A DNA stretch of 64,000 bases from contig CALXLX010000033.1 in assembly GCA_944389315.1 (NCBI GenBank), forward strand, positions 2,981-66,980, written 5' to 3'. The translations under genes and the position numbers were made by a program. Positions 56,719 through 64,000 of the stretch are shown one piece after another (position 1 is the stretch's first letter; every line of letters begins with the position of its first letter). Origin of the DNA: an uncultured Opitutales bacterium. GTDB taxonomy: Bacteria > Verrucomicrobiota > Verrucomicrobiia > Opitutales > Intestinicryptomonadaceae. The notes under the pieces are model-generated. The model was not told the DNA's origin, searched no databases, and was given only the letters and a program-made list of their open reading frames with translations.

Positions 56719-57790
56719 AATGGCCTTTCTCCGCCCTTATGCAGACCCAGTCCGCCCTGGCTCCCGACGAGGGCGGCGGAACCGTGGCGGTGGCTACAAC
56801 CTGCGCGGAAGAATCTATGCACTCCCAAAATGCGTCCCTCCTGATGGGGTCGAGCTCTCCCAAGATGTCGTCGCAAAGAAGCGCCGGCAGAACCTTTCCG
56901 CGGGCTTTAACAAGATCGAAGAACGCGAGCTTCAAGGAGAGGACCAGAGACCTCTGCTGCCCCTCCGAGGCGTATCTGCGCGCGTCGAGAGAATCTATTA
57001 GAATACTGAAATCGTCCCGGTGCGGGCCATTTTGTGTCGACCCCAAGAGCCTGTCTTTGGCCCTGCACTCCCTGAGGACTGCAATAAAATCATCGGGAGA
57101 GGATATCTCGCAATCCGGCTTCAGGTTTATCTCAGCGCCCTCTCCGTCGGCGCGGGAGAGCACAGAATACTTCCCGCAGGCGGACTTTGATATTACATCG
57201 AGATACTCCGCGCGCTTCTGCCGCACTATGTGCGCAGAATAGGCCATCTGGCTCTCAAAGGCATCGAACAAGTCGGCGTCATGGGAATCTCCACGCAAAA
57301 GCCCGTTGCGGCTGTCGAGGGCGGCATTATACCTTTTTAGGCAGTCGAGATACTCCCTGTCGACGGTTGATATCGCCATATCCACAAATTTCCTTCTGGA
57401 TAGCGGGGCCCCCCTGAGGAGCTGTATGTCTTCGGAACACAGGGCAAGCGCCGGGAAAAGACCGACAAAGTCCGACATCTTGGCAATCTGCTCTCCGCCA
57501 ACATCCACGGACTTTGAACGCGCCCCTATCTCCATGCAAACTTCCGTGCGGCCAAAGGTTTCATGCTCCAGGCAAAACAGCAGCCTTGCCGCGGGCGCGC
57601 CCTTTCTTACGAGCGCCGCAGACTTCGCCCCCCTGAAAGAGCGCATCGCGTTCAGCAGGCCGAGAGCCTCCAGCAAATTGGTCTTTCCCTGGGCGTTGCG
57701 CCCGAAAATCCAAACGCTGTCTTCCTCGAAATGCGCCTCGGCAAATTCGATATTTCTGAAGTTTTCCAGCCTTGCGAATTTTACCCTCAT
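56705..57790 (-). CDS. recF: DNA replication and repair protein RecF
   Basis: LENFRNIEFAEAHFEEDSVWIFGRNAQGKTNLLEAL, the SMC-like signature ..SEGQQRSLVLSLKLA.., and Walker B LLCDDILGELD. Confidence 0.9.
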   Translation of the reverse strand: MRVKFARLENFRNIEFAEAHFEEDSVWIFGRNAQGKTNLLEALGLLNAMRSFRGAKSAALVRKGAPAARLLFCLEHETFGRTEVCMEIGARSKSVDVGGEQIAKMSDFVGLFPALALCSEDIQLLRGAPLSRRKFVDMAISTVDREYLDCLKRYNAALDSRNGLLRGDSHDADLFDAFESQMAYSAHIVRQKRAEYLDVISKSACGKYSVLSRADGEGAEINLKPDCEISSPDDFIAVLRECRAKDRLLGSTQNGPHRDDFSILIDSLDARRYASEGQQRSLVLSLKLAFFDLVKARGKVLPALLCDDILGELDPIRRDAFWECIDSSAQVVATATVPPPSSGARADWVCIRAEKGHFERV

Positions 57791-57800
57791 TGGGCGCGCG

Positions 57801-58286
57801 TCATAGCGGGCAAATCAGGCAGACGGCCTGGGCGGCGACGCCCTCCTTCGAGCCTATCCAACCCATTTTCTCGTTCGTGGTGGCCTTGACCCCAACGTCT
57901 TGGGGGGAAAGCTTCAAAGTTTCGGCAAGGCGCTTTTTTATTGCCGCTATATGCGGCAAAAGCTTCGGGGTTTCGGCTATCAGCGTGCAGTCCACATTAA
58001 AAACCCTAAAGCCGAGTTTTCCAATCTCCTCTACCGCTCTGGCTATTATCTTTTGCGAGTCTATGTCCTTGCAGGAAGGGTCTGAAGGCGGAAAGTAATA
58101 GCCTATGTCAGGCAGGGCGGCCGCGCCCAATATTGCGTCGGCCACGGCGTGGCTTAAGACGTCGGCATCGGAATGCCCCAAAAGGCCGAGCGCATTTGGA
58201 ATTTCAACTCCGCCTATGACGCATCTGCGCCCCTCGACGAGCCTGTGGACGTCGTACCCTGTTCCTATTCTATAGCCTTTGTTCAT
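57801..58286 (-). CDS. ispF: 2-C-methyl-D-erythritol 2,4-cyclodiphosphate synthase
   Basis: RIGTGYDVHRL.., GHSDADVLSHA. Confidence 0.95.
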   Translation of the reverse strand: MNKGYRIGTGYDVHRLVEGRRCVIGGVEIPNALGLLGHSDADVLSHAVADAILGAAALPDIGYYFPPSDPSCKDIDSQKIIARAVEEIGKLGFRVFNVDCTLIAETPKLLPHIAAIKKRLAETLKLSPQDVGVKATTNEKMGWIGSKEGVAAQAVCLICPL

Positions 58287-59005
58287 TGCACTTTGCCTCT
58301 TTTTGAAATTAAAAACTCAAGATAGTCTATGTCGGAGGGAACCGTAATTTTAGGATTCGGCTCCGCATTCTCCACAAGGCTTACGGGAATCTTTCCAAGC
58401 CTCGCCGCGCCGACGTCGTCCGTCACGGCAATTTTGTTCGCCGAGACATATTCGTACGCGCTTAAAATTTCATCTCTTTTAAACGCCTGCGGGGTCTGCA
58501 TCGCCCATAGCCTTGCCCGCTCCAAGTCCTCCAGCGGGCATTTAGACAGGCTCTTCCTGTTTTTAGGCAGCCTTTTTATAGTGTCGGAAACCCTGTTTGC
58601 CAGCACCGCCGCGCCGTCTTTTTCCACGGCGTCACAGAGCCTGCGCACGTTCTCCGAGCCGAGCAACGGGCGGGCGGAATCGTGTATCAATACGCCCTCA
58701 AAAGCTTTTCCAACCTTGCGCAGCCCGTTTAGGACGCTGTCCTGCCTTTCCGCCCCGCCCTTCGCGAAGGCTATTTTTACATTTGAAGATTTTGCCAGGC
58801 CCGAAACCGCGTCTGAAATCGATTTTTTCTGCCGGGCGTCCCTGACGACAAATATAAGCTCAGAGACCCTGCCGCTGTCGGCAAACGCCTTGGCGCTGTG
58901 CCAAAGAACGGGCTTGCCCGCAAGAATGAACATGGTCTTGTCCTTGACAACACCCTTCATTCTTTTGCCTCCGCCCGCGGCGAGTATTACAGCGGCAAAC
59001 TTCAT
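58283..59005 (-). CDS. ispD: 2-C-methyl-D-erythritol 4-phosphate cytidylyltransferase
   Basis: AVILAAGGGKRM.. and ..VLIHDSARP... It overlaps ispF and pyrF by 4 nt each. Confidence 0.9.
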   Translation of the reverse strand: MKFAAVILAAGGGKRMKGVVKDKTMFILAGKPVLWHSAKAFADSGRVSELIFVVRDARQKKSISDAVSGLAKSSNVKIAFAKGGAERQDSVLNGLRKVGKAFEGVLIHDSARPLLGSENVRRLCDAVEKDGAAVLANRVSDTIKRLPKNRKSLSKCPLEDLERARLWAMQTPQAFKRDEILSAYEYVSANKIAVTDDVGAARLGKIPVSLVENAEPNPKITVPSDIDYLEFLISKRGKVQ

Positions 59006-59709
59006 CTTGCCGCCTCCAGCTGCCTTGTTATTTCTTCCGCGGCAAGGGCGGGGTTTGGCGCTTTAAGTATGGGGCGCCCGACAACTATGTACCCGGCACC
59101 GGCCTTTGCGGCGTCCTCCGGAGTGGCAACGCGCTTTTGCTCGTTTAAATCGGCCCCGGCGGGGCGCACTCCTGGAGTCACAAAAACCGTATCCTGCGGA
59201 AGGACCTTCGAGAGCCTTCCAAGCTCAAGCGGAGAACACACCAAGCCCTTTATCCCGCTCTTTAATGCAAGACGCGCAAGAAGCTCAACCTGGTCTGCGG
59301 GATTTGCCGCCACGCCCGTTGCGCCCAACGACGGCGCGTCGAAAGACGTAAGCACGGTGACTGCCAATAAAGTAAGATCGGGGCGGGTCTCCCTTGCCGC
59401 CTCGACGGCCCTGCCCATCATTTCTTCGCCGCCGGACGCATGCAAGGTTAGCATTCCTATAGGCAAGTCCGACAGGCTCTTCACCGCGCTTGCAACCGTA
59501 TTTGGAATGTCGTAAAGCTTCAAATCCAAGAACACCTTGTAGCCCATTCTGGACACGTCGTTTACGAACTGCGCGCCGTATTTATAGTACATCTGCATGC
59601 CTATCTTCACCCATTCGAGCCTTCCGGAGGTTTTTTCGAGAATGTCGAAGGCCGAGGGGCTGTCGGGCAGGTCGAGCGCGAGTATTAGTCTGCAAGCTTG
59701 TTTTGACAT
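59002..59709 (-). CDS. pyrF: orotidine 5'-phosphate decarboxylase
   Basis: LILALDLPD, DLKLYDIPNTV and ..YIVVGRPI... I chose the start at MSKQ (59709). The listed 59889 start runs across the ispE promoter and 5' region. Confidence 0.9.
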   Translation of the reverse strand: MSKQACRLILALDLPDSPSAFDILEKTSGRLEWVKIGMQMYYKYGAQFVNDVSRMGYKVFLDLKLYDIPNTVASAVKSLSDLPIGMLTLHASGGEEMMGRAVEAARETRPDLTLLAVTVLTSFDAPSLGATGVAANPADQVELLARLALKSGIKGLVCSPLELGRLSKVLPQDTVFVTPGVRPAGADLNEQKRVATPEDAAKAGAGYIVVGRPILKAPNPALAAEEITRQLEAAR

Positions 59710-59754
59710 ATTTTGCGGAATCCCTAATTTGGATGTTGAAAAAATTTTTCTAAG

Positions 59755-60639
59755 ATGAATCAAACAAAAAAGAAGTGCCCCTGCAAGATAAACGTTATGC
59801 TTGCCATAACCAATCCCCGGCCCGACGGGTTTCACGACCTTGTCAGCCTCGTCAGCCCCGTCGACTTCTGCGACGACCTTTCCGTGCAAATTTCCGAAAC
59901 TGAAGATTGCCTCTCCTGCAACGAGCCTGGCGTTCCCACGGACTCGTCAAACCTCGTGATGAAGGCCGCCGAGCTGTTCCGCAAGAAAAGCGGCATAGAC
60001 GCGCATTTTAAGTTTGAGCTTTTCAAGCGCGTCCCCGCGGGGGCCGGCCTCGGCGGGGGCTCGGGAGACGGCGCGACAGCCCTGCTTGCCGTAAACGAGC
60101 TTTGCGGAAACATTCTCGACACTCCCGCCCTTATGGAGCTTGCCGCGGAGATGGGGTCTGACTGCCCGCTGTTTCTGAGCCGAAAAAGCGTCGTAATGCG
60201 CGGCCGCGGGGAGAGGATATCCGAGCTTCCGCAAGCCGCCCAAGATGTTCTTTGCGGCATGAAGCTTATGATATTCAAGCCGTCTTTTTCCATAAATACG
60301 GGCGCGGCATACAGGCGCATGAGGGAAAACGGCACGTATTATATCCCGCCTGCGGAGGCTGAAAAGATACTTTCCGACTGGCTGGCAAACCCGTCCCTAA
60401 AAAATCTTCCGCTTGTAAACAACATGCAGCAGGCCGCCTTCGAGGAATTCCCGCAGCTGAAAGCCGCGCTCGAGGGGCTGAGGGAAAGATTTGGGATTCC
60501 CGCCATGATGAGCGGGTCGGGCTCGGCGTGTTTTGCGGTAGTAAACGATATTGCCGGGGACGAATCCGCCTTAAAGGCTCTTTCCGGCTACGCAAAAACC
60601 GCCCTCGGGCAGGATTGCATGACGGAATTTTGCCTCTAA
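59755..60639 (+). CDS. ispE: 4-(cytidine 5'-diphospho)-2-C-methyl-D-erythritol kinase
   Basis: CPCKINVMLAITNPRPDGFHDL.. and the GHMP motif PAGAGLGGGSGDGA. Confidence 0.9.
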   Translation: MNQTKKKCPCKINVMLAITNPRPDGFHDLVSLVSPVDFCDDLSVQISETEDCLSCNEPGVPTDSSNLVMKAAELFRKKSGIDAHFKFELFKRVPAGAGLGGGSGDGATALLAVNELCGNILDTPALMELAAEMGSDCPLFLSRKSVVMRGRGERISELPQAAQDVLCGMKLMIFKPSFSINTGAAYRRMRENGTYYIPPAEAEKILSDWLANPSLKNLPLVNNMQQAAFEEFPQLKAALEGLRERFGIPAMMSGSGSACFAVVNDIAGDESALKALSGYAKTALGQDCMTEFCL

Positions 60640-60792
60640 GAAGCCTTACCGCCGCGCGAAAACGAAGAATCTTTGAAGGGCAAACGCCCTCACGCGCCGC
60701 GGGATAGGCAAGCGGTTTTTAATAGGTATCCTAAGGAGGAGAACCTCCTATACGGAAGTTCCCGCCCTTTTAATTTTTAAGGGCGCGCAAAA

Positions 60793-61200
60793 TTAGAACC
60801 GGAAAGGGACATGCCCTTCCATGACGCCCGCCAGGCGCGAATACACGGGCTTGCCCTCGGGGGTGGAGATGCATGTTATCCACGATATGTCGTCAGCCTT
60901 GAGCTTTTCTACAATCTTTCGGCAAAGGGCAAGGGCTATGCCCCTGCGCCTGTACTGCCCGTAGACGAATAGGTCCAACAGATACGCGTCGGAAACGCCG
61001 TCGCTTAAGGCCCGGAAAAAGCCTGCGAACTCGCCCCCTTCAAAGGCGCCAAAAGCGCAGTAGGAGTTTTTAAGGGCGCGGCGCACGGCGTCTTCATCAA
61101 GCCTGTCTGACCAGCCCGCATCTACATACATTTTCGACACTAGCCCGACATGCTCGGGATTGTCCGCATCTATGGCAATTATATCCATATACCCTCTCAA
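60793..61200 (-). CDS. GNAT family N-acetyltransferase
   Basis: 135 aa with ..YRRRGIALALCRKIVE.. (the acetyl-CoA Q/RxxGxG/A-type loop). Its start overlaps the upstream stop by 4 nt. Confidence 0.75.
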   Translation of the reverse strand: MRGYMDIIAIDADNPEHVGLVSKMYVDAGWSDRLDEDAVRRALKNSYCAFGAFEGGEFAGFFRALSDGVSDAYLLDLFVYGQYRRRGIALALCRKIVEKLKADDISWITCISTPEGKPVYSRLAGVMEGHVPFRF

Positions 61201-62114
61201 AGTTTTTTGACGTCGGCCCTGAAGGGCTTGTACATGCGGACAGGATCCAAAGACTCCTTCGCCCGCCTGAGCCCCTCTATGCCCATATCCTGCTCCCTGT
61301 TCATAAACTTTCCGCCAAGCGCGCGTATGCTGACGGCCTCCTGCACCACCATCATCTGCGCGGCGCCGGGAACATCGTGGTAAGACTTCTCAAAATGCAC
61401 GTCGTATATCTGGGGCGTTAGCGCGCTAAAAACGGCGGCGGCAACTATGTTGCCCTTGGGGCAGAAAAGCATGCAGCCGTCGAGTCCCAATTCGCCGTAG
61501 GCGCCTTGCGCGCGCGTCATGGCCTCGGCCTCGCCGTCTATGCCCGCTTCGAGAGAAAGCTCGCGCATGAAATCGAAAGCTTCCGCCATATTCTCCGGGC
61601 TTATAGGCTCGAGCCTGTAGTCAGGGCACTCCGTCAGAAAATGCTTTATGTGGTTGCGTTTCTTGCGCAGCTTGGGCCCCGAAGAGTCTATAAGGCTTTC
61701 GACGTCGTATATATACTCAAAATCCCCCGCCTCGGAGCGCAGGGAAAAATACTTTTCGCAGTCGGGAAACTCCGCGGGCCAGTCGGACGGTATATCGTAA
61801 ATATGGCTCTTGCCGCCTATGAGGCCGCCGCGCTCAAATGCCTTGTATAGGCCGAACAATTCCTCGGGAGAGAACCTTTTGGGGGAGATGGGAAAGTGCA
61901 TGCGGCCGTCGTGCATATTGTAAATTACATCGAAGCCTTCCCCGGAAAACAGCTTTAACCCATAGGCCTGCGCCCAAATGTATATTGTTGCGAAGGAGTT
62001 TTCGCAGGAATCTGCCTCGGGCGTTCCGGACACAAAACCCTTTATTCTGTCCGCGTCGGCGAGACTAACGTCCCTTAGCATTGCGGCGTCTATTTTTAAC
62101 GAGTCGAAATTCAT
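61197..62114 (-). CDS. DUF2156 protein (MprF C-terminal / aminoacyl-PG-synthase-like domain)
   Basis: ..CENSFATIYIWAQAYGLKLF.. and ..FMNREQDMGIEGLRRAKESLDPV... are typical of DUF2156. I chose the start at MNFDSL (62114). The listed 62546 start overlaps the neighbouring gene. Confidence 0.6.
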   Translation of the reverse strand: MNFDSLKIDAAMLRDVSLADADRIKGFVSGTPEADSCENSFATIYIWAQAYGLKLFSGEGFDVIYNMHDGRMHFPISPKRFSPEELFGLYKAFERGGLIGGKSHIYDIPSDWPAEFPDCEKYFSLRSEAGDFEYIYDVESLIDSSGPKLRKKRNHIKHFLTECPDYRLEPISPENMAEAFDFMRELSLEAGIDGEAEAMTRAQGAYGELGLDGCMLFCPKGNIVAAAVFSALTPQIYDVHFEKSYHDVPGAAQMMVVQEAVSIRALGGKFMNREQDMGIEGLRRAKESLDPVRMYKPFRADVKKL

Positions 62115-62311
62115 TCGTAAAAAAACCTTATCGTAAAAAGAGATGACAATCTCAACAAAAATAATCGCCCATGCTAAATGCCGCACCGCGCCGTTGAACC
62201 CGCACCCACCTGATAAAGAGCCTAAGTTATGCCGCATTAAAAAAATCGGGCGCGCAGGACAAACATGCGGGCCCGATTTTTCAGATAAAAATATATACCT
62301 GCAAAATAAGC

Positions 62312-63130
62312 TCAGGAGCTCTTGTAATTTTGCAAGTACTTTATGCAAGGAGCCATATACTTTATGGCGTCGTCCTTCTGGGTGAACATTACAAACAAGA
62401 TTCCCTTGAAATTCTGCCGCTTCAGCTCTTTCAACACGCCTTTTAGGTCGCTCTTGCCTGTTCCGAATATGGCGCAGTCGGAATTGTCGAAAGCCACGTC
62501 CTGTATGTGCACATTGTACATCTTGCCCTCGAGCTTCTTTAGGCACTCAACCTGGTTGAAGTCCGAACGCGCCCAGTGGCCTATGTCGGGAAAGGTGCGC
62601 ACATGCTCAAAAGGCTCTATCGCAGAGAGCATGTCCTCGGGGCGCGGATATACAGCCGCAGAACTTTTTACCCCGTGGTTGTACAGCCCGACCTTGACGC
62701 CCGTCTGGGCCGAATATTTCTCGTACAAGGGCAAACTCTCTCGAGGAGCCTCTATACAGAGAGTCCCTATGTTAAACTCCCTGGCAAAATCAAAGAGATT
62801 CTTTATCTCGGCCTCTTTTGAGAGTCTAACATGCCCGTATCCGGCAACTCTTATTCCGTGCTTGGCAAAGAATTTCTTGAATTTCTCCCTGTCCTTGGCG
62901 CTTAACGCATGGGAAAACTGCACGGGGTCCTCCTCCGACAATTTAGCCCCCTGGAATATGAAGAAATCTTTAATTCCCAAGGGGGATAAATCTTTCGCCA
63001 TCTGTTCAAGAGTGGATTTCCTCCACGCGTAAGATGTAGCGCCTATCTTAAACTCAGCGCAGTGGCCGCATGAGCATAGAAAAAATATGCATATGAATGC
63101 AGCTATTAGCCCTCTTATAGAGATATTCAT
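62312..63130 (-). CDS. secreted xylose-isomerase-like TIM-barrel protein (sugar phosphate isomerase/epimerase family)
   Basis: Signal peptide MNISIRGLIAAFICIFFLCSCG, then the AP_endonuc_2 pattern (..GIRVAGYGHV.., ..VGLYNHG.., ..DIGHW.., ..HIQD..). Confidence 0.65.
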   Translation of the reverse strand: MNISIRGLIAAFICIFFLCSCGHCAEFKIGATSYAWRKSTLEQMAKDLSPLGIKDFFIFQGAKLSEEDPVQFSHALSAKDREKFKKFFAKHGIRVAGYGHVRLSKEAEIKNLFDFAREFNIGTLCIEAPRESLPLYEKYSAQTGVKVGLYNHGVKSSAAVYPRPEDMLSAIEPFEHVRTFPDIGHWARSDFNQVECLKKLEGKMYNVHIQDVAFDNSDCAIFGTGKSDLKGVLKELKRQNFKGILFVMFTQKDDAIKYMAPCIKYLQNYKSS

Positions 63131-63136
63131 GAAGAG

Positions 63137-64000
63137 CTATTCCTCTATGTTTATGTTGGAGCAATGCTCCACGACAAACTTCTTGGAGCCTTTGCGCTTT
63201 TCCATTGGCGGATAGGCGTTGGTCTTCTCGACCTTGTTGTTGCGCCATGTGAGGGAGTCCACGCAGTAGATGTTAAGCAAAGAGGCGTCGTCGAACATCT
63301 TGAAGGTGTTGTTCTCTATAAGAATGTTCTTGTTGTATCTTGAGGTTTCCCTGTGCTCCCTTATGCCGGCCCTTACGCTTATTACGGCGTTGCCCCAGTT
63401 CGCGTAGAGGCAGTTTTCAAAGGTGTTGCCCCTTATAGTGCAGTCGCGCGTGCCGCCCTGCTCGAACCAGAAGCACGAGTCGCCCTCAAAGAGTATGGCA
63501 GTTCCCGCCGACATAAAATGGTTGTTCTCCACAAGCGTCTTGCCGCGGCTGTTTATGAGCATTCCGCGCGCGCGGTTTCCGCGGGCGGTGTTGCCGCGTA
63601 TGACGACCTCCGGCCAGTCGCGCAGAACGGCGACGGCGTCGAGGGCCTTAACATCAGAAGGAATGTCGCTTTCAAGCTCCAGCACGGAGTATTCCTTATT
63701 GATTCTCTCAACGCTCTTTATGCGGTTTTCGTTTTTGCAAATCATGCTCTTGCCGCCTATGATTTCAACCCTGTCGCCCGCGCGGAAAGTGCCGAAGCCG
63801 AACTGTTCGTAATGGACGAGCTTCGTGAGTATCTTTCTGGGAGATATTACCTTTTCGATGCGCTCGTATATGCCGTGTATATTGGTAAAGTCGTCAAGCT
63901 GGCTCTCGAAAAAGTTGTTCTCGAGGACAATTTTGCCCTCGCAGTTTGAAAAGTGCGTTGCGTCCGCCGTAGCGCTTACCACGGCCCCCTCGGAGGGAGT
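63137..64000 (-). CDS. right-handed parallel beta-helix repeat protein (5' end beyond the window)
   Basis: The frame remains open to nt 64000. PbH1-type repeats: IRGNTARGNRARGMLI, VENNHFMSAGTAILF, IRGNTFENC, IENNTFKMF. Confidence 0.6.
   Translation of the reverse strand, partial: TPSEGAVVSATADATHFSNCEGKIVLENNFFESQLDDFTNIHGIYERIEKVISPRKILTKLVHYEQFGFGTFRAGDRVEIIGGKSMICKNENRIKSVERINKEYSVLELESDIPSDVKALDAVAVLRDWPEVVIRGNTARGNRARGMLINSRGKTLVENNHFMSAGTAILFEGDSCFWFEQGGTRDCTIRGNTFENCLYANWGNAVISVRAGIREHRETSRYNKNILIENNTFKMFDDASLLNIYCVDSLTWRNNKVEKTNAYPPMEKRKGSKKFVVEHCSNINIEE

Noticed and set aside
59710-59889. Upstream extension of pyrF (listed start 59889). Similar extensions exist for the TolC-like gene (55444-55575), tatD (26810-26869) and the first GT25 gene (1663-1770).
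   Set aside because: The extensions run into divergent neighbouring genes or promoters and lack family similarity. Internal starts give canonical N-termini or signal peptides.
62115-62546. Upstream extension of the DUF2156 ORF (listed start 62546).
   Set aside because: It overlaps the 3' end of the TIM-barrel gene (62312-63130) and has no DUF2156 similarity. MNFDSL at 62114 matches the family N-terminus.
1-64000. CRISPR arrays, rRNA genes, IS elements or tandem repeats.
   Set aside because: Reading all intergenic spacers showed no regularly spaced direct repeats, no terminal inverted repeats flanking an ORF, and no transposase-like translation. A computational repeat search was not possible, so short dispersed repeats could have been missed.

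Overview
This is a gene-dense 64-kb chromosomal window from a diderm (outer-membrane-bearing) bacterium. I call about 58 CDS, one tRNA-Gln, one frameshifted gene and several intrinsic terminators. I saw no rRNA, CRISPR array, transposase, integrase or phage genes. Most of the window looks about 55-60% GC by eye. A clearly lower-GC block (about 1.5-7.3 kb) sits directly downstream of the tRNA.

Housekeeping genes: folD, proS, prmA, tatD, trxB, comM/yifB, sufS, ruvB, rsmE, lpxB, recF, ispD/ispE/ispF, pyrF.

Carbohydrate genes: PbH1 beta-helix proteins at both window edges, a DUF2961/GH172 gene, a Cys-type sulfatase, a Tat-signal Gfo/Idh/MocA enzyme, and an IclR-rhaB-lutABC module.

Envelope loci and points most worth follow-up:
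1. 37.3-48.0 kb: a tightly coupled operon of carrier-protein-like gene, ABC ATPase, ABC-2 permease, GldG-like, DUF4340 and a 983-aa AsmA-like protein. It lies immediately upstream of a GnnA-like oxidoreductase and lpxB. I read it as a candidate uncharacterised trans-envelope lipid or glycolipid export machine.
2. 4.9-5.9 kb: a bacterial protein carrying all four eukaryotic GT29 sialylmotifs, inside the low-GC glycosyltransferase island.
3. 48.3-55.4 kb: a split MacB/DevCA-type ABC-TolC efflux operon with three paralogous membrane-fusion proteins.
4. 17.2-19.4 kb: a 747-aa LptC-plus-multi-LptA fusion protein.

Gene content (sulfatase, Tat-Gfo/Idh/MocA, beta-helix proteins, secreted TIM barrels) loosely suggests a PVC-type or similar glycan-degrading lineage. 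That is inference only. All functional calls rest on motifs I recognised by eye, because no database search was possible.
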